29,034 nucleotides of DNA. Origin: Allobaculum sp. GTDB lineage: Bacteria; Bacillota_I; Bacilli_A; Erysipelotrichales; Erysipelotrichaceae. A program made the translations under genes and the position numbers. The notes beneath the pieces are model-generated. The model made no database searches and was not told the origin of the DNA. It saw nothing but the letters and a program-made list of their open reading frames with translations. Location of the stretch: positions 1 through 29,034 of the forward strand of contig JBJEFF010000154.1 in NCBI GenBank assembly GCA_051873775.1, given 5' to 3'. Shown in pieces: positions 19,578 through 27,157 of this stretch; positions within the stretch are counted from its first letter, which is position 1; every line of letters begins with the position of its first letter.

Positions 19578-20342
19578 TCATTTGGAAGGATAAGTGAAAT
19601 GCGTTTCCAGCAGTTCGAGTACTTCAGGCCACTGATGAGCTTCAAGAACCCGTTCATCTTTAGGAGCGGTAAACGGATCAAAACCGCGGTTGCGTCTGAA
19701 CCAGATACTCGGACATCCGAATGCAAGTGCACAGCTGATATCCGCTTTCCATGAATCTCCGATCACCAGAATTTCGGAGGGCAGAATAGTCGGGTCATTC
19801 TGATCTAAACGGACCTGATCGAGTGCTTTTTCAAAAAAACGGGGATCCGGTTTGGCACATCCGAGTTCTTCACTTGTAAACACACCTGTAAATAAATCGA
19901 GCATCCCGGCAATTCTCAGACGGTTTCGCTGGCCTAAAGCAGGTCCGTTGGACACGATATATAAAGGATATTGTGCATCGACCATCCAGGCTACTGCATC
20001 GTTAGCTCCTTCCATAGGATGAGCATTGGAATGAAGTGTTGTGGAAAAGCGTTCTTCAAATTCGACAGGCTTTTCTAAAGGAAGATTCCATTTATTGAAC
20101 ATTATCCCAAACCGGATTTTGCGAAGTTCGGGTCTTGTTAGCTTCCCTTCTTCGATCCGATCCCAGAGCTTGCCGTTTTCGACGAGAAAACTGTAAAAGT
20201 ATTCTTCCTTCCAGTCGAGTCCCGCCCATGCGAACGTATCGATCAGTGCGTCTTTGGCACATAGATCAAAATCAAGCAAAGTCTGATCCACATCAATCCA
20301 GATGGCACGAATTGGTTGTTTGTATTTCTTATCCATTGTCAT
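19578..20342 (-). CDS. HAD-superfamily hydrolase (subfamily IA-like)
   Basis: Motif I IWIDVDQTLLDF (DxDxT), motif II YIVSNG, motif IV VIGDSWKADI. Confidence 0.8.
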   Translation of the reverse strand: MTMDKKYKQPIRAIWIDVDQTLLDFDLCAKDALIDTFAWAGLDWKEEYFYSFLVENGKLWDRIEEGKLTRPELRKIRFGIMFNKWNLPLEKPVEFEERFSTTLHSNAHPMEGANDAVAWMVDAQYPLYIVSNGPALGQRNRLRIAGMLDLFTGVFTSEELGCAKPDPRFFEKALDQVRLDQNDPTILPSEILVIGDSWKADISCALAFGCPSIWFRRNRGFDPFTAPKDERVLEAHQWPEVLELLETHFTYPSK

Positions 20343-20370
20343 AAAGGCAGTCTAGCATTTCTGACCGATT

Positions 20371-20404
20371 AAAAAAAAGCCATTTCCCAAAATCAGGAAA
20401 TGAC
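20371..20404 (-). terminator. Terminator after the TPM-domain gene
   Basis: On the - strand, stem gtcatttcc / ggaaatgg is followed by a T8 run. Confidence 0.5.
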
Positions 20405-20419
20405 TTAACGTTGAATATT

Positions 20420-21223
20420 TTAGAATTTTCCACTGCGTCCGCTTCCGCCGCCTCCGCTTTCACGAGAAGAGCTGGATTTTTTCTCAATCGTCCGCCTAGT
20501 TACGGTAGTATGCGTAAACTGATCTGACTGAGCAGTAAGCTGAACACCAGCTATGGCATAGGATTTTGCTTCTTCTTTAGCATGCACAGACTCCATTTTT
20601 TCTTTCTGTTGCCAGCAGATTATAAAGGCAACCGCCATTGATATTCCAATGGAGCCGAGAATGTAAAGCACAGGACTCTTTTTAACCGGTTTGCCTTCTG
20701 CCGCCTGAATAATACACTTTTCGGCTGTATCGAGATAGTCATTCAAACCGGCATTCCAGTCATTATCTCCGAAGTCATCCAGGAATGCGTCTTCCAGCAG
20801 ATCGCGGGCATAATCATTAAATGCATATTCTGCTTTCTCGCCGTGAACAAATAAGGCATAATCACGATCTTCCATACTCAGAAGCAGGAGAATGCCGTCC
20901 CGGTTCTCACCGAAGCCATATTCATTCGCTTCATTATTATATATCTCAGTTGCTACATTGTAGACACTCGATCCGGAACCATATAACTCGTAGTCATCAA
21001 GGATCACAACATACACCCCGCAGCCCTGGTCAACCGAAATATTTGTTGCTTTCACTTCCAGCTCTTCCCATTCATCTTCATTTAGAATTTCTTCCATATC
21101 AATGACGTGCACTTTACCATTTTCCAGCTGGTAGTAATCTTCCTCAGAAGTGGCAAAAACCGGAAAGCTAAAAGACAGCATCAGAAGCAAGGCAGAAAGG
21201 AAGCTCATTATTTTATTTTTCAT
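20420..21223 (-). CDS. TPM-domain protein (TLP18.3/Psb32/MOLO-1 fold; YdjH/UPF0603-like): signal peptide, TPM domain, TM helix, Gly-rich tail
   Basis: N-terminal signal peptide (MKNKIMSFLSALLLMLSFSFPVFA). TPM motifs (VIDMEEILNEDEWEELE…VYVVIL…NRDGILLLLSMEDRDYALFVHGEKAE). One TM helix (VLYILGSIGISMAVAFIICW). C-terminal SSSSRESGGGGSGRSGKF. Confidence 0.7.
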   Translation of the reverse strand: MKNKIMSFLSALLLMLSFSFPVFATSEEDYYQLENGKVHVIDMEEILNEDEWEELEVKATNISVDQGCGVYVVILDDYELYGSGSSVYNVATEIYNNEANEYGFGENRDGILLLLSMEDRDYALFVHGEKAEYAFNDYARDLLEDAFLDDFGDNDWNAGLNDYLDTAEKCIIQAAEGKPVKKSPVLYILGSIGISMAVAFIICWQQKEKMESVHAKEEAKSYAIAGVQLTAQSDQFTHTTVTRRTIEKKSSSSRESGGGGSGRSGKF

Positions 21224-21235
21224 TGTCTTACTCCT

Positions 21236-22351
21236 TTACACGATCGCAATCGAAATCAGCGATCCGATTATGCTGAGCGGAATCGAAATTGCCGCAAAGA
21301 GCGCCCAGAAGCGTGGCCAGCTCATCGGCAGATCCCCGACCAGACGTCCGGTCTGACCGTTCATCGCAAATAGATAGTCTTTTCCTTCATATTTCGTATT
21401 GAGCATCCAGACAGGCATCAGTGCGTAATGAACCTTCCCGCGAGCCAGACTGGTCGAGTCAGATAAGCGGATACAGCTCATATAACCCTGAACTGTCTCC
21501 TGGAGTGAATCGAGACAGGTATTCTTACAGCGCAAGTCTGCACGCTCTGTACTCTCATCGACAGAAACATCGTATTTATCGGCCAAAAAGCCCGGTAAAT
21601 AAGCCATTGAAAATGGTTTTAATTCGTCGTAGTCATACGGTTCAATGGAATCCATCAGGTCATCCGGCATTTTGCTTGAAGCATCTACTGGCACTTTTTC
21701 AAAAGGCAGCATTCCGGCACGGTATACCTGGAAATGATCTGTTTCAGTGACTTCTTCATCCCCTACCCGATAAATACGCGAACGCGTTGCCTCAAACTGC
21801 GCCTGTCCGCTTGCAGTACCATCAAACAACCAGAACGGCACATAGACACCCTGAATTTCTTCAATATGGTTGTGGTCTGTAAATGCTTTAGGCAGGAATA
21901 GTTTTCCTTTGTAATGATTCTTCAGTGCCGCAATCGCATCTTCCTTGCTCAGTTTAAACGGAATGACAAAGTCCGGTTTGAGAGTTCCGCCAAACTGTCC
22001 GGGAACAATTGTCGGATTTCCGCAGTACGGGCAGGAAGTTGCAGCAGTGCTCTCATCACAGATCAGCTCTGCACCACATGCCGGACAACTGTAGGATTTC
22101 ATCTTTCCCGCATCACTGCCCCAGTCATCACCCATTGCGGATGCATCCCAGCTCATATCTGTACCATTTTCAGGTGGTGTAGGAGGAACACTACCTGTTT
22201 CTGGCTGATCTTTCGCCGGATAAAGCGCTTCAATCTCTTCGACATCGTATTGCGCGCCACAGTAATCACATTCCAGTTTGCCGGTTGCTCCCACGAAATG
22301 CAGAGGTCCGGTACAAGCCGGGCACTGGTAGTTTGTTACCTGTTCAGGCAT
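21236..22351 (-). CDS. Double zinc-ribbon protein with a C-terminal transmembrane anchor (YdjG-like?)
   Basis: Two CxxC…CxxC ribbons: YQCPACTGPLHF…LECDYCGAQY and YSCPACGAELICDE…TSCPYCGNPT. The C-terminal hydrophobic helix is FWALFAAISIPLSIIGSLISIAIV. I place the start at ATG 22351 (MPEQV…), which is preceded by ggagaaagaggtgatttt. The ORF-track start at 22393 has no RBS. Confidence 0.6.
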   Translation of the reverse strand: MPEQVTNYQCPACTGPLHFVGATGKLECDYCGAQYDVEEIEALYPAKDQPETGSVPPTPPENGTDMSWDASAMGDDWGSDAGKMKSYSCPACGAELICDESTAATSCPYCGNPTIVPGQFGGTLKPDFVIPFKLSKEDAIAALKNHYKGKLFLPKAFTDHNHIEEIQGVYVPFWLFDGTASGQAQFEATRSRIYRVGDEEVTETDHFQVYRAGMLPFEKVPVDASSKMPDDLMDSIEPYDYDELKPFSMAYLPGFLADKYDVSVDESTERADLRCKNTCLDSLQETVQGYMSCIRLSDSTSLARGKVHYALMPVWMLNTKYEGKDYLFAMNGQTGRLVGDLPMSWPRFWALFAAISIPLSIIGSLISIAIV

Positions 22352-22398
22352 AAAATCACCTCTTTCTCCTTCTTTTTCTGTTTTCATTTTCATTTTTC

Positions 22399-22435
22399 TG
22401 AAAAAAGACAGCCCGTCAGTTTCCGGACGGGCTGT
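22399..22435 (-). terminator. Intra-cluster terminator/attenuator hairpin between the lipoprotein and double-ribbon genes
   Basis: A 10-bp stem acagcccgtc / gacgggctgt is followed on the - strand by cttttttcag. Confidence 0.55.
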
Positions 22436-22583
22436 TTAAAGCTTCTTGTTATAGATTGAAATAATACTGTTGCGCCCTCAATGAGTTATTGATCGGTTAC
22501 GGGCTACCCGTTACCGTAAGATTTTTCCTCTTTTAGATTCTGTTGCTGAATTCTGATCTGCTGACCAAACTCTGATTGCCCGC

Positions 22584-23075
22584 TTATTCAGATTCAGATT
22601 CAGACTCGTAATCCAGTAATTCGCTGTCGTCAAACCATGTCGAAGAAGGAATATCGTCTTTGCTTCCCTTCTTGAAAGACAGAGAATCTCCTTCAAATTC
22701 CATGGTCATTACGTCATCTTTTACGGTGTAATCCATGGTGTCTCCATCGGCTGTAATTTTACCCGGTGTCCAGGTCAGGTCATATTCCTGATCAATACTG
22801 ATTGTGCCTGTTCCATCTTCTTTTAATTCGATCCAGAACATACCGACTAAACCGATACTGTCGAGGAATTCTTCATCCATCGTTTCGCCATCTGCTGTCA
22901 TCGAGGACAAAAGCCATACGCCGGCATCTTTTGATGTATCAGCTTTGTTTCCACCGTTTCCACTACATGCGACCAGGACTAGAGACATGGTCATCGCAAG
23001 AAACATCGTGATTAGTTTGTTTAGTTTTTTCATGATCCTTTTTCTCCTTTTAGTTTCATTGATTTTCTTCAACAA
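22584..23075 (-). CDS. Lipoprotein (lipobox LVAC), acidic C-terminal SESESE tail
   Basis: MKKLNKLITMFLAMTMSLVLVAC|SGNGG shows a signal peptide and lipobox. The 3' (tcagat)x3 microsatellite encodes ESESESE. Confidence 0.65.
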   Translation of the reverse strand: MLKKINETKRRKRIMKKLNKLITMFLAMTMSLVLVACSGNGGNKADTSKDAGVWLLSSMTADGETMDEEFLDSIGLVGMFWIELKEDGTGTISIDQEYDLTWTPGKITADGDTMDYTVKDDVMTMEFEGDSLSFKKGSKDDIPSSTWFDDSELLDYESESESE

Positions 23076-23078
23076 AAA

Positions 23079-24233
23079 CTAGCGCGGACGAGGTGTGCCG
23101 CAGCAGTCACAGAAATTTCCTGTGTTTGTTGAATTGCAGTTCGGGCAGATCCATGAACCGCTGTTCATGGCAGTATTATTGAAAGAAGCATTGTTATTCA
23201 TCTGCGGATTATTCGGCTGACCATATCCCGTCTGGGAATTGTTCATCATTCCGTTATTCGGCTGACCGTATCCCATCTGAGAATTATTCATCATGCCGTT
23301 ATTCGGCTGACTGTATCCCATCTGAGAATTGTTCATCATTCCGTTATTCGGCTGACCGTATCCCATCTGAGAATTGTTCATCATTCCGTTATTCGGCTGA
23401 CCGTATCCCATCTGAGAGTTATTCATCATACCGTTATTCGGCTGACCATATCCCATTTGCGGATTGTTCATCATGCCGTTATTCATCTGACCATTATTCA
23501 TCATTCCGGCACCATAGCCTTGTGCCATCTGAGTTCCATAACCGTTCTGACCTGCCGACATGCCATAAGCTAAACCGTTTAATGTTTGACAGATTTCATC
23601 AGCCAACCGTTTATACTGCTGGTATTCCAGGTTGTAAGAAGGATCGAAACCCATAGGTCTTCCAAAGGATGAACTTCCCATGCCGTGGTTCATGAATCCT
23701 GAACCTTCAGAGATGATTTCGACACTGCTCGGATTAATCTGGAATTTCATTTCATCAAAGAATTCGTTTTTGACCGTTACGACGATATCGAAATCATAAC
23801 TGTATCTGAAACGAGGCGGATTATAGCTGACTTTGTTGCCATCCTTGTCTTCTCGTTTCAGTTCTGTGTGTCTTTCATCAATGGATAAGTTGCAGCTCGT
23901 CAGATCAGTAAAGTTGAGAATATCCGGATTCGCTTCTGCGAGGTTTCTTGCCCGTGTTACAGTGAACCAGCGATGATTGTCATCGATCAGAACACGCCAG
24001 TTTTCACCGAGCTGACGGGTAATCTGAAACTGAGCCACTTTCTTCTTGTTTTCTTCACGGTAGTCCAGCTGCTTTTTAATATCAGCAACGGTCGAATGGC
24101 GGCGTTCATTAAACCAGATTGAAAGCTTTCCTGCACAGTTTTTACAGAGATTGCCATCTTCCAATTTGCGGTTGCCGAGCATTCCAATTTTGTCGCCGCA
24201 GATATCGCAGTATTTTTTATCAAAAAAGCCCAT
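23079..24233 (-). CDS. Zinc-ribbon protein: N-terminal CxxC…CxxC ribbon, central domain, (GYGQPNNGMMNNSQM)x6 low-complexity repeats, C-terminal ribbon
   Basis: N-terminal YCDICGDK…CKNCAGK. C-terminal WICPNCNSTNTGNFCDCCGTPRP. The repeats span aa 255-335. Confidence 0.6.
   Translation of the reverse strand: MGFFDKKYCDICGDKIGMLGNRKLEDGNLCKNCAGKLSIWFNERRHSTVADIKKQLDYREENKKKVAQFQITRQLGENWRVLIDDNHRWFTVTRARNLAEANPDILNFTDLTSCNLSIDERHTELKREDKDGNKVSYNPPRFRYSYDFDIVVTVKNEFFDEMKFQINPSSVEIISEGSGFMNHGMGSSSFGRPMGFDPSYNLEYQQYKRLADEICQTLNGLAYGMSAGQNGYGTQMAQGYGAGMMNNGQMNNGMMNNPQMGYGQPNNGMMNNSQMGYGQPNNGMMNNSQMGYGQPNNGMMNNSQMGYSQPNNGMMNNSQMGYGQPNNGMMNNSQTGYGQPNNPQMNNNASFNNTAMNSGSWICPNCNSTNTGNFCDCCGTPRPR
23206..23505 (-). 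repeat. 45-bp direct tandem repeat, about 6.5 near-identical copies, in-frame coding (15-aa G/N/M/Q-rich unit)
   Basis: The unit ccgttattcggctgaccgtatcccatctgagaattgttcatcatt is read at 23206-23250, 23251-23295 and onward to about 23505, with 1-4 mismatches per copy. Confidence 0.9.
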
Positions 24234-24389
24234 TTGTTTCCTCCTTTTCCATGACGGACAGGATCGCGGGCAGGCTGGGCGGGAATGTCTTTAGAAAGGA
24301 TAGTTTTAGAACACAACGGTTTGCTTCCAACCTGCCAGGACCCTTTTTACTGTTTAATGAATAAATGACTGAATGTTCAGAATGTGAAA

Positions 24390-25901
24390 CTATACAGCAC
24401 CGTTGTCATCAAACGGGTCGCCGCATTCCGGACAGAATTTAGGCGGATGAGTCGGATCTGCCGGTTCCCAGCCGCATTTATTACACTTGTATTTCTTTAT
24501 AGCTTCCGGTTTTTTCGTTCCGCACTCAGAGCAGAATTTTCCCTGGTTTACGGCACCGCAGGTCGGGCATGTCCATCCTGCCGGTTTATCTTCCGGTTTC
24601 TTTGTTCCGCATTCCGGGCAGAATTTTCCGGTTGCATTTGCTCCGCAGGTCGGACAGATCCATCCTGCCGGTTTTGGTTCCGGTTTTTTCGTTCCGCATT
24701 CCGGGCAGAATTTTCCGGTTGCGGTTGCTCCGCAGGTCGGGCACGTCCAGCCATCAGCCGGTGCAGGTGCCGGAGTCGGTGCCTGCGCAGCCTGCTGCAT
24801 CTGCTGTTTTTGCTGTTCTAACTGCTGCTGCTGAAGCTGCAGCTGTCTTTGCTGTTCTTCAAGCTGCTTTTGCTGTTCCTGCTGCTGACCCATCGCATAC
24901 ATATTCTGGGCAGCACCGAATCCGCCGTTGCCCATCATGCCATTCGCCATGCCCATGCCCATGAAACCAGTCATTGCACCAGCTGTATTACCAGCTGCGG
25001 TCTGCATCGCATTTGCGGTTGCATCGGTCATACGACCTGCCATCATCTGAGCGCTGGAACCAAAAGTAGCTGCATCTTCGATTTCCTGAACTTTCTTCAT
25101 ATCTTCGTCGGTCAGACGGATCGGGTTCAGAGAAATGGTCTGGATGGTTACACCGCGTTCGCCCCAGCTTTCCTGAAGCTCGGCGTTCATTGCTTTTTTC
25201 AGATCTTTTACTTTTGACGGAATCTGAGCCGGACGGAGTTCCTCTTCAGCCAGCACACCGACTGCAGGCTGGAGAGCGTCCATGAAGTCTGCCTTGAGCT
25301 GTCCGTCAATATTGTCACGGGTATATTCCTCAGCTACGTTGCCGCAAATTCGTGTATAGAACAGCAGCGGATCGGAAATGGTATAGGTATAGACACCGTT
25401 GAAACGGAGATTTACCGTACGGCGCATATTGATCGCTTTATTAACGACTTCGAAAATAATCGGTGCCGGAGTTCCGAATTTGTTGTCGAGAATTTCCTTG
25501 GTATTGAAGTAGTAAACTCTCTGATCCATCGGTGCTTCTCCACCGAAAGTGAATCGTTTACCGACGGTCGCAAAGCTCTGTTTTAAGCTTTCACCGAAAC
25601 TTCCGGCAAAAATTGAAGGTGATGTCGTCGAATCGTAGGTATATTCGCCTGGTTCTGCGCAGACTTCCACGACTTTTCCCTGTTCGACGATCATCATGCA
25701 CTGACCATCTGCAACGGCGATGACAGAACCATTCGAAATAATGTTGTCATTGCCTTTTGTATTGCTCGAACGTTTGGATGTCCGTTTCTTGCCTTTTGTT
25801 GCTAATACATTTGGCGGCAGCGATTCACAGTAGAAGTACTCCTTCCACTGATCGGCTAAAACTCCGCCACCGGCTCCCATTGCCGCTTTAATGAGTCCCA
25901 T
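24390..25901 (-). CDS. SPFH (band-7-like)/COG4260 YdjI-like protein with a Q-rich coiled coil and four C-terminal zinc ribbons
   Basis: The N-terminus MGLIKAAMGAGGGVLADQWKEYFY and about 300 aa are typical of the COG4260 'virion core protein'/SPFH family. Next come QQQEQQKQLEEQQRQLQLQQQQLEQQKQQ, then 3x GW(T/I)CPTCGAxATGKFCPECGTKKPE and KCNKCGW…FCPECG. RBS gggagg. Confidence 0.6.
   Translation of the reverse strand: MGLIKAAMGAGGGVLADQWKEYFYCESLPPNVLATKGKKRTSKRSSNTKGNDNIISNGSVIAVADGQCMMIVEQGKVVEVCAEPGEYTYDSTTSPSIFAGSFGESLKQSFATVGKRFTFGGEAPMDQRVYYFNTKEILDNKFGTPAPIIFEVVNKAINMRRTVNLRFNGVYTYTISDPLLFYTRICGNVAEEYTRDNIDGQLKADFMDALQPAVGVLAEEELRPAQIPSKVKDLKKAMNAELQESWGERGVTIQTISLNPIRLTDEDMKKVQEIEDAATFGSSAQMMAGRMTDATANAMQTAAGNTAGAMTGFMGMGMANGMMGNGGFGAAQNMYAMGQQQEQQKQLEEQQRQLQLQQQQLEQQKQQMQQAAQAPTPAPAPADGWTCPTCGATATGKFCPECGTKKPEPKPAGWICPTCGANATGKFCPECGTKKPEDKPAGWTCPTCGAVNQGKFCSECGTKKPEAIKKYKCNKCGWEPADPTHPPKFCPECGDPFDDNGAV
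24503..24755 (-). repeat. 87-bp tandem repeat x3, each unit encoding a zinc-ribbon motif
   Basis: The units are about 24503-24589, 24590-24677 and 24678-24755 (…ttccgcattccgggcagaattttccggttgc…gctccgcaggtcgg…). They account for the spurious + strand ORFs here. Confidence 0.85.
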
Positions 25902-25951
25902 AATTATTCCTCCCAGTCTTTTTCTTCAATAAATCTTTTCGATTAAACATT

Positions 25952-26335
25952 TCACAGCGAATCAATCACTGCGGACAGATAAGTCGCAGAAACTGAGCCA
26001 TAGAAGAACTGATCGATCTCTCCGTCTTTTTTCGCCTGACGGACCTGATCAGCCAGTTTCCAGTCTGTGTTTTCATCTACCACGAGCGCGATTCTGCAAT
26101 CCGGTCGTTCTGCTTTTAATGCATCTTTCAGCTGCAGGCGCTCCTCTAATTTCCAGGGGCTATGTGAAGTCGTTTCCATGAGCAGAATATCTGCCGAAAC
26201 CGATTCACACAGAGGCAGAGTTCCTTGCGGATGTTCACTCTGATAAACCTGAAAATCTGGAGAAAAGTTTCCCAGCGCCCGAGATATGGCATCCGAAAAT
26301 AATGTGTTCTGCATATCTACTACGACTACGCGCAT
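25952..26335 (-). CDS. Stand-alone receiver-like (CheY-fold) protein with a non-canonical phospho-acceptor site (Glu in place of Asp): pseudo-receiver
   Basis: MRVVVVDMQ (beta-1, DM instead of DD) and ADILLMETT (beta-3, the usual LLDI Asp replaced by Glu). The start is at ATG 26335, preceded by aggaggccatgga. Overall the protein is of REC size, about 127 aa. Confidence 0.4.
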   Translation of the reverse strand: MRVVVVDMQNTLFSDAISRALGNFSPDFQVYQSEHPQGTLPLCESVSADILLMETTSHSPWKLEERLQLKDALKAERPDCRIALVVDENTDWKLADQVRQAKKDGEIDQFFYGSVSATYLSAVIDSL

Positions 26336-26424
26336 TCCATGGCCTCCTACAAAATTTGCTTTATCCTTCTTCACTTTCAGTATAGAAATCATCTCTTCTG
26401 CTCACACCGTCCATAAGTGCAGGT

Positions 26425-26463
26425 AAAAAAAAATCCCAGCCTGCCAATGGCTAAGCTGGGATT
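26425..26463 (-). terminator. Terminator after the response-regulator gene
   Basis: A 9-bp stem aatcccagc / gctgggatt is followed on the - strand by a T9 run. Confidence 0.65.
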
Positions 26464-26500
26464 ACGATCCTTTCTTACATGGAGATTTGATTCGATTTGT

Positions 26501-27157
26501 TTATGAAGGTTCACCGGACATTTCCGCGTCTTCCGGCAGATTGGGGATAATGAATTTTTTATTGGTTACCGCAATCGCCAGACGGGTCTTGTTGGCATAA
26601 CCTGTTTTCATCAGGATATTTGAAATATGGTATTTTACTGTCCGCTCGGCGATTCCAAGTGTCTGGGCAATTTCGCTGTATTCCAGTCCGTAACAGACCA
26701 GACGGAGCACCCGGATTTCTTTAGGGGTCAGATCCGTACTGTCTGCCATGCCCAGTTTAACTTTAGGAGTTGCATCCGGAAAAAGATGCTCGCCTGCCAT
26801 GGTCCGGTCAATTACATCAATCAGTTTTTCGGGGCTGATGTCCTTGTACCAGAAACTATCCACGTTGGCAGCTCTTGCCCGGTCGAGGAAACTAACCTCC
26901 ACCATTGAGGTAACAATGACAATTTTAATTTTGGGATAAGCGGCTTTAATCTCAGCGGCAACTTCAATGCCATCACGGGTTCCCGTCGTACACACATCCA
27001 TTAAAATCAGGTCAATCTGCTGCTGTCTGCAGATAACCGGCGCAATGTCTGCCCCGTTAATACTTGCCGCAACGGAATACCGCCCTGTATCTATCAGAAG
27101 ATGTTCCATATGTTCACGCGGCATCCGCTGATCTTCTACAATCAGGACATAATTCAT
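26501..27157 (-). CDS. NarL/FixJ-family response regulator (REC + LuxR-type HTH)
   Basis: REC with LIVEDQ…LILMDV…KIVIVTS. The C-terminal LuxR HTH is LTPKEIRVLRLVCYGLEYSEIAQTLGIAERTVKYHISNILMK. Confidence 0.85.
   Translation of the reverse strand: MNYVLIVEDQRMPREHMEHLLIDTGRYSVAASINGADIAPVICRQQQIDLILMDVCTTGTRDGIEVAAEIKAAYPKIKIVIVTSMVEVSFLDRARAANVDSFWYKDISPEKLIDVIDRTMAGEHLFPDATPKVKLGMADSTDLTPKEIRVLRLVCYGLEYSEIAQTLGIAERTVKYHISNILMKTGYANKTRLAIAVTNKKFIIPNLPEDAEMSGEPS

Noticed and set aside
23206-24760. Tandem repeats as a possible CRISPR array
   Set aside because: The repeats are contiguous with no unique spacers. They are in-frame within CDSs and of the wrong size and organisation (45 and 87 bp). 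They are coding tandem repeats, not CRISPR.
24384-24964. Three overlapping + strand ORFs (145, 115, 131 aa) rich in F/R/S/C/A
   Set aside because: They are antisense to the SPFH gene. They arise from the 87-bp zinc-ribbon repeats and the CAG/CTG-rich Q-coil. They are periodic, low-complexity, have no RBS and overlap a well-supported gene.
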